Shown here piece by piece: positions 50,358-63,304 of a stretch of 64,000 nucleotides of DNA. This DNA is from the human T2T-CHM13v2.0 reference genome, Homo sapiens, in the NCBI RefSeq assembly GCF_009914755.1, contig NC_060926.1; one strand, 5' to 3'. The position numbers and the translations under genes are program-made. The notes beneath the pieces were generated by a model that ran no database searches, was not told the origin of the DNA, and saw only the letters and a program-made list of their open reading frames with translations. Every line of letters begins with the position of its first letter. The first letter of the stretch is position 1.

Positions 50358-51699
50358 TACTCTTCTGTAACCTTGCTTAATTATCACCCACAGTTTCGAA
50401 AATTTTTGCCCTCCTAGAATCAAAAGTCCAACATCAGACGATCACAGTTGACTGTTTGCCCAGCATGGCACATGTGGCACTAGTCACTTTTTGTATCACT
50501 CACATGCTTTTGCAGAACAGGGGTGCAGATAAAAAGGGAAGATAATGTTGCAGTAGCATTTCTGCTCGTCACATGATTACACTTGTACCAAACCCCTGGT
50601 CATGTCCAATGCCAACAAGGTATAACCCAGTTAAACAGGACTGTTCTATTAAGACAGTGAAAGCTAACCTTAAGTAAATTGGAATAATAATATGAAACCC
50701 AAAGTTAGGATTACCTCTGGTTTGCTTCTTAATGTCAAAAAGCACATTTCTTTATAAATCTGTCTCAAAACTAGTCAGGAACTTTGAATTTTCAAAAGTC
50801 ATGCTGAGGCTGTCTCATTTCCCCTTGCCATGCTCTTGCTCTGAAATATTAGCATCTAACCTTGTTTATCTTTGTCACTGATATTCTCAGCTTTAATAAT
50901 TTCTAAAGCATAGAACATCCTACGCACAAGAGAGTCCCTCTGAAGTTCCTACCTTTTTTAGTTAGTGGAGAACAAAAAGATGGGAAACACAGTGTTGTTT
51001 AATATGTGCAGAATACTTAGCAGCATAACACAAAGAGATATCCCTTGTCTTGCAAAATTTTACCCTAATACTTTAGGGGGAAAAACAAAGTTATGTGTTT
51101 TAGCAGAAGGACTTGAGTGAATCTGAATTTTTAAGCTACTTATCTTCTCAGGTTGTGTGTCTTTCTTCAATATCAGCTGTGAATATCAGGTATTCTGCAT
51201 ACATAAAAATAACCACTAAAGTATTTCCCTCTAAATTTTTCTTTCAATTTTTAATTTAAGGGAAGTATTCCATTTGAGTCATTTTATTTAAAGTAGTGAA
51301 ACCTAAAATTTATTTTATGAAAGAAAAATTATAAGCATAAAGTATCAAGATGAGGTTTATAAACCAGCTTAAAAGATTGTGAAATGATTTTCCCTTTCAA
51401 AAGAAGATGAGTGCTTACTTGGAAACTAACTTATTTAGAAAAATGATACTAGGTTCTAATTGAAGGTATAGAAAAAAATCAGTCTAGGCTAGAGATTTGC
51501 TATCTGGATTGGAGACTTAGAAAAAAACCTGTGTAATTAAACTATTGATTGCTGTGATGTGAAGAAAAGAAAAATAGGCAACTTTCAGCTTCTTTTATGG
51601 CCAAATTATTTTAAAAATGGTAGAGTAAGAAATTTAAAAGCAAGACCAATGATGCCTTCACAATCAATATATACCAGCATAGTCAGTACTGTGTTTCTA

Positions 51700-51870
51700 T
51701 GACTGCATGTCAGCGGCCCATGTCTACCATACCCTTAACGTAAATTGTAAGCACTAAAGGGTAGGCCCTGTGACTTGTCCATTATTATTTACTAGTATCC
51801 ACATATATGAGTGGAACATGGCAAATGTTCAAAAGGTGTCAGTGAATGAATAAGTGAACAAGTTAAGTAT
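51700..51870 (+). mobile_element. L2 3' end
   Basis: aaattgtaagcact..agggtagg...gtgaatgaataagtgaa. Confidence 0.6.
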
Positions 51871-52429
51871 GTTCATGGATGAAATACGAAGGAAGGGGAT
51901 AGTAAGTAATCAACAGTTTTATGCTGTTCAGTTTCACAGTATCAATCTTTCCTCAAACTCTCCTGGCCATACGAATCACTTGTTATAAATGCAAGTTCCT
52001 ACTCACCACTCCAGACCTAATAGATCAAAATTTTCAGGGACTCATATTCAGGCAGGAAATCTCTATTTTCAGTCAGCCAGTTGATTCTTACTGAATCAAC
52101 TTCACATACTGCATTTGCCTCCTGTCTCTTTCCTAGAAATTTTTAAAATCTGAAATAATTGACCCATTATTCAGTTATTGGTAGATCTGCTTTATCTTGT
52201 CAGTTAGGAATTTGATGTAGACCTGGCAGTATACTGTAATCTCACAACTGGCTACCAAAAAAAAATAAAAGTAGTACCTAACCTGGGACCTGAGGAAACT
52301 GCTTATTAGGGCGACTTTGGGATTTGGATGTTAGTCACATTGTTTTACAGAAGTTTTATACTACTATTTTAACTTCAAGTCAGTCTTGAAGCAAGCAAAG
52401 TAAAAAAAAGTAAAATGGCAAAATGGGTC

Positions 52430-52865
52430 TATCACTTGAAACCAGACTTCCTCTACACCTCTTTTCTTCTTCTGAGCACTCACTGGAACCTCCCTTAATA
52501 CTTCACTTATGGCAATCTAGCCTGTTCCTAGCTTATTTCTCCAAATTCTTCCTACCTCTACCCATTACCCAGTTCCAAATCTGCTTCCACATTTTTAGGT
52601 ATTTGTTATAGTAACAGCCTCACTTCTTGGTACTATTTTTCTGTCTTAGTCTACTTTACGTTGCTATAATAGAATACCATGGACTGGGTGACTAATTTTA
52701 AAAAGAAATTTATTTCTCATAGTTCTGGAGACTGGGAAGTCCAAGAGCATGGTGCTGGCCTCTGGCAAGGGCAATCCCATTGGATTAGGGTGGAAGGCAG
52801 AAGTGAGCATGTGGGCCAGAGAGAAAAAGAGGGCCAAACTCCTATAATAATTAACCTTCTTCCTG
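52430..52865 (-). mobile_element. MaLR (MST/MLT1A-like) LTR fragment plus adjacent internal sequence
   Basis: Internal-start motif ccagttccaaatctgcttccacatttttaggtattt...ttggtac next to LTR terminus tgtcttagtc at 52642. Confidence 0.75.
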
Positions 52866-52999
52866 ATGATGGGTGTGGGGGGTGGGGGGCATCTGTTTGT
52901 TTGTTTGTTTCTTTCCATGTTCTCCCCCTGAAGCTGCTAAGGGGTGTGTAGTTTAGTTGGGGAGACTAGCTTTATTTGTGACCATGAACAAGACATGTC

Positions 53000-54190
53000 T
53001 GGAAATGTACATTATTATATCCTTTTGGTGAATTTAATCTCTTCATTATTACTGAATATCCCTCTTTATCCTTGGTAATATCCTTTGCTCTGAAATCTAC
53101 TTTATCTATCATTAATATATCCACTCCAATTTTCTTTTGATTAGTATTGTCATGTTATATCTTTTTTTCATCTTTTTACTTTTAATTCATTTGTGTCATC
53201 ATTTTTGAAGTGGATTTCATCTAGACAGCATATAATGGAGTCTTGCTTTTTCATCCAATACAAAAATTTCTGACTTTTAACTGGAATATATAGATTATTG
53301 ATATGATTGGGTTAAATCTACCATCTTGCTGTTTGTTTTCCATTTGTTTGTAAGTTTAACTCAAAGAAGATTAAATAAGAAATCAACTACCTATATAATG
53401 TCTGATAATCCATATGCTATGTTCATACTTTCCTCTTTTTCTGCCTTCTTTTGGATTTGCTTTTTAAAATTATATTATATCCTTTTTTGTCTCATTATCT
53501 ATAGCTCTGTTACCATCTATGTTATCTAATAGTATCACTCTTATCATGGCTGTTATTTTAGTGGTTGTCTTTTAAGATTTCTAGCACACATCATTAACTT
53601 TATGAAAGTCTACCTTTAAGGAACTTTATATCACTTCACTTACACTTATAAAAACCTTACTGTAGTATATATTTCTCCACTCATAGCTTTTGTGGTAATG
53701 TTATCAAACATTTTACCCCTACCCAGTTTGTGTTAGAATCTCCAGCACATGTGGTTTTAATTTTTGTTTAGTCAATAATCTTTTAAAAGATGTTAATAAG
53801 AGAAATATCTTATATATTTATCCACACAATTATTTTTATGTGTTCTTCATTCCTTTGTAGATCCACATATAAATCTGATATTATTTTTCTCCATATCTAA
53901 AGGAATTTCTTTAACATCGTTTTTAATGCAGGTCCACTAATGATAAATGTTTTCAGCTTTCATATACCTTTATTTTATTTTTATTTGAAAAATACATATG
54001 CTATATATAGAATTCTAGATTGACAATTTTTTGCTTCACTTTAAGGAGTTGCTCCACAGTCTTTGCTTACATTGTTTCCAATAAGAGTTTGCTGTCATTC
54101 TTACCTTTGTGTCTGTTATGTGGCACTTTTTCTTTTCTGACTTCATTTATGAAGGTTTCTTTAATACAGGTTTCAAAAATTTGCATTAGA
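53000..54190 (-). mobile_element. Old L1M (MC/MD-like) ORF1-ORF2 junction fragment
   Basis: ctctgaaatctactttatct, tagacagcatata.tgg.gtcttgctttttcatccaat, tatagaattctagattgaca. Confidence 0.75.
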
Positions 54191-54199
54191 TATGTAAAT

Positions 54200-54340
54200 T
54201 GCTATAGTTGAAATGTCCTCTCCAAAATTCATGTTGCAATTTAATTGCCAATGTAACAATATTGAGAGGTGGGGCCTTAAGAGGTGATTAGGTAATGAGG
54301 GCTTTCCCCTCATGAATGGTTTAATACATTATCTTGGGAG
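54200..54340 (+). mobile_element. MST-family LTR 5' fragment
   Basis: tgctatagttgaaatgtcctctccaaaattcatgttg...gagaggtggggcc. Confidence 0.7.
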
Positions 54341-54429
54341 AAGCAAATAAAGAGCTCTGGATAGCAGCACCGTCTATTTTTGCCATCCTGTTCCATGTGA
54401 GACCTCTCTTCAACTTTCTACCAAACTCT

Positions 54430-54879
54430 AAGACGTTAGTGACTACATAGGGCAAATCAACTTTTCAGATGTGAGTAGGGTAAAGGCCTTAAAAAGGGGA
54501 GATTATCCTGGATTACATGAGTGAGTCCAATCTAATAACACAGTTCCTTAAAGGTGGAGAATCTTCCCAGCCGAATTAGAGAGAGTTGTGATGACAGAAG
54601 AGTCAGAAACAGGTGGCACCACTGGCAGTGAAGATTCAGGAAGGGGATCAAAAACCGTGGAATGTGGGGAGCCTCTAGAAGCTGGAGAGGCAGGAAATAA
54701 AGTTCTCCCCCACAGCCTCCAGAAAGAAAACGCAGGTTTGCCAATATATAGGTTTTAGCTCGATGAGACCAGTGTTGGACTTCTGCCCTCCAGAGGTGGA
54801 AAATAATAGATTTGTGGCATTTTCTATGCCTCTAAGTTTATAGTAATTTGGTATATGCCAGATATATAAAATTAATACA
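54430..54879 (+). mobile_element. MLT1 (MLT1D/E-like) LTR
   Basis: gggagattatcctggatta...gcctctagaagctggagaggc...ctaagtttatagtaatttg...ttaataca. Confidence 0.8.
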
Positions 54880-55604
54880 ATGCCAACTACTAAGAAAAAC
54901 CTGATAAGTAGTATTGGAGCATACTGAACAAAAACTTACCACATTTTCTTCTGCTCAACTGTAATACCTCATGTTCCACAACAGTGTTTAGTTTCGTGGT
55001 GTTTCTAACATTGTGGTCTCTCAAGACTTCCCTCAATTGTTTCTATCTAAATACATGAAACACCTTTAAGATAACATAGGAAGATTCTTGATACTTCTTT
55101 ACCCATCCCAATTATTTTACCTTATTCTTTTTATTTTGTTCTACTAACGAGAAAAAAATCTCTTGATGTATGACGCTAGACCAACATAGGTTATTGCTGT
55201 TCTGCTCTAATTGAGGTCATAGTGCAGAGGGCAGTTTAATCAACACAGAGATCAACTGCACATAAAGGCATTTCTCTTAGAAAAGCAAGCATAACTTTGA
55301 GAACATGTCCTCTAGTTTTCTGTTTTTAGCTGTCTCTCTGAGGACTAATTAGACTGAGAGAGTTAAGGAATCAGTAATTCTTTGTTTTCTGAAACTGCTT
55401 GTTTTTACTCACCTTAATTTTCCATCTCATAATGTAACTCAGAAACATATTTGCAAAAATGTCATAATATGATTATGTAAATTAATAGGGGCAGTTTTTT
55501 TCAATGAATGCCAAGTGATGTTATTGTTTATTGTGAGTGTTTTATTCCTTCTAGTCTCTTCTAGTCATGGACTGAATTAATTTTAGCTGGAATTTGCCCA
55601 GTGG

Positions 55605-55627
55605 TTTTTTTTGTTGTTGTTGTTGTT

Positions 55628-55681
<54 letters not shown>
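55605..55681. repeat. Compound microsatellite Tn-(GTT)n-Tn-(GT)n
   Basis: Direct reading. Confidence 0.95.
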
Positions 55682-55682
<1 letters not shown>

Positions 55683-56138
55683 ACAACGAAGGATTGTTTT
55701 GCGACCTCCTTATCTCCGGCCTGTTTTATGTCCACCCCACATAGCGCGTAGTGACAAAAAGAGAAACACATTTGGATATAGGATGCTCTCATAATTGAGT
55801 TAGTGTTGTAACGTTCCAAACAAGCCAATGATGCCTGATACATTAGAAACTAGAAACAATGAGACGTTGCATTTTTATGTAGTCAGAATTAATCTTTAAC
55901 TTCTTTTCTGGGCTTAGTTTAAGAATGTAGGCATTTCAAAGAAATTGAGAGGTAATTTTAGAAATTTGAGCATGTGATGATAAGGGTGATATTTTAAATA
56001 TAATGAATTTCAAGACAGGGTAGTAAGTTCAACTTAGGAAAATTTTTTAAATGTAAGATGAGCTTCCCTGTTAAAAGTCTTAAAAAGGTATATATTATTA
56101 TGAAACAAGAAATAATTGGTTAAAAATGAAAATGATTA

Positions 56139-56443
56139 AGCTGGGCGCAGTGGCTCATGCCTATAATCCCAGTACTTTGGGATTACAACACTTTGGGGCT
56201 GAGGTGGGCAGATCAGTTGAGGTCAGGAGTTCGACACCAGCCTGGCCAATGTGGTGAAACCCCATCTCGACCAAAAATACAAACATTAGCCGGGCATGGT
56301 GGTACCTGTAATCCCAACTACTCAGGAGGCTGAGGCAGGAGAATTTCTTGAACCTGGGAGACAAAGTTGTGCCACTGCACTCCTGCCTGGGTGAAAGAGT
56401 GAGACTCCATCTCAAAAACAAACAAACAAACAAACAAACAAAA
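56139..56443 (+). mobile_element. AluS-like with a left-arm insertion and right-arm deletions
   Basis: Extra attacaacactttggg near 56182; gcagtgagccgag segment missing; (AAAC)n tail. Confidence 0.92.
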
Positions 56444-56524
56444 GATTTAAAGTACAAAGAATCCTTAAATTGTAATCCAATGCATTACAATTGCAATTCA
56501 ATCAAAGATGAGAGAGAGTTATTA

Positions 56525-56982
56525 AAATTGGCAAATTGGTTTACATGATTGTAGAGGCCAAGGAGTTCCACAGTCTGCCATCTGTGACCTGGAGAACCAG
56601 AAAAGCAAGTGCTATAATTCAGTCTGAGTCTAAATCCCTGAGAACAAGGAAAGCCAATTGTATAAGTCCTCATCTGAGTCCATAGGCCCAAGAACTAGGA
56701 GCACCAATGTCCAGTGCCCAAGGGCAAGAAAAAGATGGATATCCAAGCTCAAGCAAAGAAAGTGAATTTGCTCCCCTTTGCCTTCTTGCTCTTTTCAGGC
56801 CCTCAGTGATTGGATGATGCCCACCTAAATTGATGAGGAAGATTTTTTTTCCCACAGACTACCAACTCAAAGGCTCATCTTTTCCAGAAACATCCTCACA
56901 GACACACCCAGAAATAATGTTTTAGCAGTTATCTGGGCACCCCATAGCCCAGTCAAGTTGACACATAAAATTAACCATCATT
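56525..56982 (-). mobile_element. MLT2 (ERVL) solo LTR
   Basis: cctcacagacacacccagaaataatgttt...cagtcaagttgacacataaaattaaccatca. Confidence 0.88.
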
Positions 56983-57640
56983 GCTAGTAACAAATTTTGG
57001 ATTCAGACACAGATATTTAGGATTTAATCTATGTTCTGTTGTAATTTAGGGTAAAACCTATGCTCTGTTACAATTTACTGCCTCTCCAATATACACAGAG
57101 CAACATGGTAGGTACTGAAAGAGGTTAAGATGGAGGATTAGGTTTCTGTTCTCATAAAATTTAGAAACCAGGAGCCAAATGCAGTATAAAGGCCAAAGGC
57201 CTACAAGCAAATGATTCCAGTTTTGCAATTAATTTTTTGTGATTCACACAACCAATTACCTTTTTACTATGCTATGTTCTACTCCTATAATAAAATTCTA
57301 TTCACTTACTGTTCTCCCCTCACTGCCAGTATATGCTTCCAGATTACTTTGACTTGTTGCTTTTCTTACCTCCAGTAACAACTTTTATTGAACTAGGCAC
57401 AAGGTGGTTAAAGCTTTACTTTCCCCTCTTCTGATTTTTACCACCTTGCCCACATCTTCCTGCTGCGTAGTTCTTTTGATCTCTGAAAGGCCAATATGGA
57501 CACAGTCCCTTGTTTAATGGGACTCACCCACCCCCAGTACATTTTTTTTTAATAAAATCTTTCACATGCTCTACATTTTCTTTGATCTATCCTTCTATGC
57601 CTCAGCTTAAGAGAAATTCAGGTTTTTCTCAAATCCCTCC

Positions 57641-59917
57641 TGATATGGTTTGGCTGTGTCCCCACCCAGAGGTCATCTTGAATTCCCATGTGTTGTGGGA
57701 GGGACCCAGTGGGAGGTAATTGAATCATGGGGGCAAGTCTTTCCCATGCTGTTCTCATGATAGTGAATAAGTCTCATGAGACCTGATCGTTTTATAAAAA
57801 GGAGTTCCCCTGCATTAAGTTCTCTCTCTTTGCCTGCTGCCATCCACGTAAGACATGACTTGCTCCTTCCTGCCTTCTGCCATGATTGTGAGGCCTCCCC
57901 AGCCATGTGGAACTGTGAGGCCATTAAACCTCTTTCTTTTGTAAATTGGCCAGTCTCGGGTATGTCTTTATTAGCAGTGGGAAAACTAATACAGTAAATT
58001 GGTACCAGTAGAGTGGAGTGCTGCTGAAAAGATACCCCAAAATATGGAAGTGACTTTGGAACTGGGTAACAGGCAGAGGTTGGAACAGTTTGGAGGTCTC
58101 AGGAGAAGACAGGAAAATGTGAGAAAGTTTGGAATTTTCTAGAGACTGTTGAATGGCTTTGCTCATAATGCTGATAGTGATATGGACAATAAAGTCCAGG
58201 CTGAGGTGATGCATATGGAAATGAGGAACTTTTTGGGAACTAGAGCAAAAGTGACTCTTGTTATGTTTTAGCAAAGAGACTGGCAGTATTTTGCCTGTGC
58301 CCTAGAGATTTGTAGAACTTTGAACTTAAGAGAGATGATTTAGGGTATCTGGCGGAAGAAATTTCTAAGCAGCAAAGCATTCAAGAGGTGATTTGGGTTA
58401 AAGGCATTCGGTTTTAAAAGGGAAGCAGATCACAAAAGTTTGGAAAATTTGCAGCCTGACAATGAAATAGAAAAGAAAACCCTACTTTCTGATGAGAAAT
58501 TCAAGCCAGCTGCAGAAATTTGCATAAGTAACAAGGAGCTGAATGTTAATCCCCAAGACAATGAGACAATGCAGAAAATGTCTCCAGGGGAAATGTCAGA
58601 GGTCTTCCTAGAAGCCCCTCCCATCACAGGCCCAGAAGTCTAGGAGGAAAAGGTGGTTTTGTGGGCAGGCCCAGGGTCCCTGTGCTGTGTGCAGCCTAGG
58701 GACTTGGTGCCCTGCATCCCAGCCATTCCAGCTGTGGCTGAAAGGGGCCAACATAGAGCTTGGGCTGTGTTTTCAGAGGATACAAGCCCCAAGCCTTGGC
58801 AGCTTCCACATGGTGTTGAGCCTGTGAGTGCACAGAAGTCAAGAATTAGGGTTTGGGAACCTCCACCTAGATTCCAGAAGATGTAGGAAATGCCTGGATG
58901 CCCAGGCAGAAGTTTGCTGCAGTGGTGGGGCTCTCATGGAGAAACTCTGCAAGGGCAGTACAGAGGGAAATGTGGGGTTGGAGCCCTCACATAGAGTCTC
59001 TGCTGGGGCACCACCTAATGGAGCTGTGAGAAGAGGGCCACCATCCTCCAGACACCAGAATGGTAGATCCACTGACAGCTTGCACCGTGCACCTGAAAAA
59101 GCCACAGACGCTCAACACCAGCCTGTGAAGGCAACTGGGAGGGAGACCATACCCTTCAAAGCCACAGGGGTAGAGCTGCCCAAGACCATGGGAACCCACC
59201 TCTTGAATCAGCATGATCCGATGCAAGACACAGAGTCAAAGGAGATCATTTTGGAGCTTTCAGATTTGACTTCCTCACTGGATTTTGGACTCTCATGGGG
59301 CCTGCAGCCCCTTTGTTTTGGCCAACTCCTCCCATTTGGAATGGCTGTATTTACCTAATGCCTGTACCCACATTGTATCTAGGAAGTAACTAACTTGCTC
59401 TTGATTTTACAGCCTCATAGGCAGAAGGGACTTGGCTTGTCTCGGATGAGACTTTGGACTGTGGACTTTTGAGTTAATGGTGAAATGAGTTAAGACTCTG
59501 GAGGACTGTTGGGAAGGCACGATTTGTTTTGAAATGTGAGAACATGAGATATAGGAGGGGCCGGGGTGGAATGATGTGGTTTGTCTCTGTCCTCACCCAA
59601 ATCGCATGTTGAATTCCCACGTTGTAGGAGGGATCAGGTAGGAGGTAATTGAATCATGGGGGCAAGTCTTTCCCATGCTGTTCTTGTGATAGTAAATAAG
59701 TCCTATGAGATCTGATGGTTTTATAAAGAGGAGTTTCCCTCCACAAGTTCTCTCTCTTTGCCTGCCACCATCCATGTAAGACGTGACTTGCTTCTCCTTG
59801 CCTTCTGCCATGATTGTGAGACCTTGCCAGCCATGTGGAACTGTGAGTGCATTAAACCCCTTTTTCTTTCCAGTCGCAAGTAGGTCTGTATCAGTGGTGT
59901 AAAAATGGACTAATATA
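57641..59917 (+). mobile_element. Full-length THE1 (THE1B-like) MaLR provirus: LTR 57641-57993, internal 57994-59571, LTR 59572-59917
   Basis: tgatatggtttggctgtgtcccc start; gtaaattggtacc internal start; polypurine tract before the 3' LTR; 5-bp TSD CCTCC (57636-57640, 59918-59922). Confidence 0.96.
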
Positions 59918-60276
59918 CCTCCCTAAATGATATCTACCAGTCTGTTCTCTCCTTCTGCAAATTTACTAGAGAAGGATCAAGGGATCAGAGCCCCTTTTAT
60001 TCCCCATTGTATTGTTCTATCACCATCACTCCATGCCCACTCATCTCTGTATATATGCTCTATGAACAGCAAGGGCATGGATAACTATTCACTTCTTGAT
60101 GTTTTGTCCATTTACAGAAGGATTCTGAACTAGCTTGAGCAATTTTCAAAAATTTTATCCCAATTCTTTCTGGCCAACATGTTTTAATTAAATTGGATAT
60201 TCAATGACAAATATTTTTAAAATAAAAAAATAGGCCTTAACATTTATTTGGTTGATGTTGAAGAAAGGGACAGAAT

Positions 60277-60331
60277 AGAAATAACATTCATATTCTCTTC
60301 TCCAGAAATAACATTCATTATTCTCTTCTCC
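60277..60331. repeat. 27/28-bp tandem duplication
   Basis: agaaataacattca(t)tattctcttctcc twice. Confidence 0.93.
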
Positions 60332-60729
60332 AATGCTGAGTTTTAAATTAGGAAAATCTCATAATCTAAGAAATCAGGATACATGTATCTGGCTTTCAGG
60401 TATCTGAAAAGAATGATTACTCCTAGACCATGACTTGGCTGCTGTCAGCCCCCCAGATTTTTTAGCATGTTGTAATCACTAATCCTTTGATATAAATTGT
60501 ATTTTGCATGGAAGTTAATTCACAGAATTCCCTGTTATACAGACATCTTTTATACACAGAAAGGCTCAGCTACCTGTGTTTATTTTGACAGTTCAGTTCA
60601 GATCGCTAACTCCTGAAGTATTACATATTCCTGAATTTAAACAATCAATATCAACAATGAGAGTCCAGTAATTAAACAATGAAGAAAACTAATGTGTTTG
60701 AATGGCTTATATTTTTCATTTTCAAGTAA

Positions 60730-61000
60730 ATCTTTTTATTAAAATATAAATTTGTACAAAAATATGAATGTTCAGCCTGAGAGATTTTCAACAGATAACC
60801 ACACCTATATAGATAGCACTCAGATTAAAATACAATTGAGTATTACTAGTACCACTAAAGCATGCCACTGACCTGTCACGGTCACCCAGAACTATCAGAA
60901 CAACTATCCTATGTTTAATCATCATTCTTTAGTTTTTCCATTTCATTTATTTGCATGAAATTGTGTATTATATTCTGTGGTGTTTTTAATATCTGGAGGA
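60730..61000 (-). mobile_element. Ancient L1 (L1ME-like) 3' end
   Basis: tgttcagcctgagagattttcaac...cagattaaaatac...caactatcct. Confidence 0.55.
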
Positions 61001-61034
61001 TTTGTTTTAATATACACAAACTACCCATAATGGA

Positions 61035-62135
61035 AAGTACCCATATGACAAGAGATTAATAACTAGAATATATAAGGAGCTTGAACAACTCTATGGGAAA
61101 ATAATCTAATAAATAATGTGATTTTAAAATGGGCAAAATACCTGAGTAGATATTTCTCAAAAGAAGACCACGACAAACAGATATATGAAGAGGTGCTCAA
61201 CGTCACTGATCATCAGAGAAGGGCAAATCAAAACTACAATGAGATATCATCTCCTCACCCCAATTAAAATGAATCTTATCCAAAAGACGGGCCATAACAA
61301 ATGTTGGCGAGGATGTGGAGAAAAAGGAATACATGCACACTGGTGATGGGAATGTAAATTAGTACAACCACTACGGAGAACAGTTTGGATGTTCCTCAAA
61401 AAACTAAAAATAGAGCTACCATATGATCCAGCAATCCCACTCCTAGGTATATACCCAAAAGAAAGGAATTAGTGTATTTAAGAGATAGCTTCACTTCCAT
61501 GTTTATTGCAGTACTATTCGCAATAGCCAAGATTTGGAAGCAACTTAAGTGTCATCAACAGATGAATGGATAAAGAAAACATGATACATATGCACAATGG
61601 AGTACTATTCAGCCATAAAAATGAATGAGATCCTATCATTTGCAACAGCATGGATAGAACTAGAGGCCATTAAGTGAAATAAGCCAGGCACAGAAAGATA
61701 AACTTTGCCTGTTCTCACTTATTTGTAGGAGCTAAAAATTAAAACAATTGAACTCATGGAGAGAGAAGAATGATAGTTACCAGAGTCTGGGAAGGGTAGT
61801 AGGGGGGTGGGTGGGAAGTGTAGATGGTTAATGGGTACAAAAAAATAGAAAGAATGAATAAGATATAGTATATGATAGCACAATGGGATGACTACAGTCA
61901 GTAATAATTTAATCGTTATTTAAACGATTACATGTCTGTAATCTCAGCACATTTAAAAACAACCAAAAGAGTGTAATTATATTGTTTGTAACACAAAAGA
62001 TAAATGCTTGAGGTAATGAGTGCCTCATTTACCCTGATGTGATTATTACACATTGTATGCCTGTATCACAATTTCTCATGTAGCTGATAAGTATATACAA
62101 CTATTATGTACTCACAAAAATTAAAAATAAAAAAA
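61035..62135 (+). mobile_element. L1MA-type 3' end with A-tail
   Basis: gagctaccatatgatccagcaatccc...ttgtttgtaacacaaaagataaatgcttgagg...caaaaattaaaaataaaaaaa. Confidence 0.9.
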
Positions 62136-62139
62136 TTGA

Positions 62140-63260
<1,121 letters not shown>

Positions 63261-63304
63261 GGAAAGTCAATTCCTTCCCAAATTCAAGTACTGCCAATGT
63301 GATA

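Noticed and set aside
57924-59358. Cluster of ORFs up to 176 aa
   Set aside because: All lie in the THE1 internal region and are decayed MaLR sequence.
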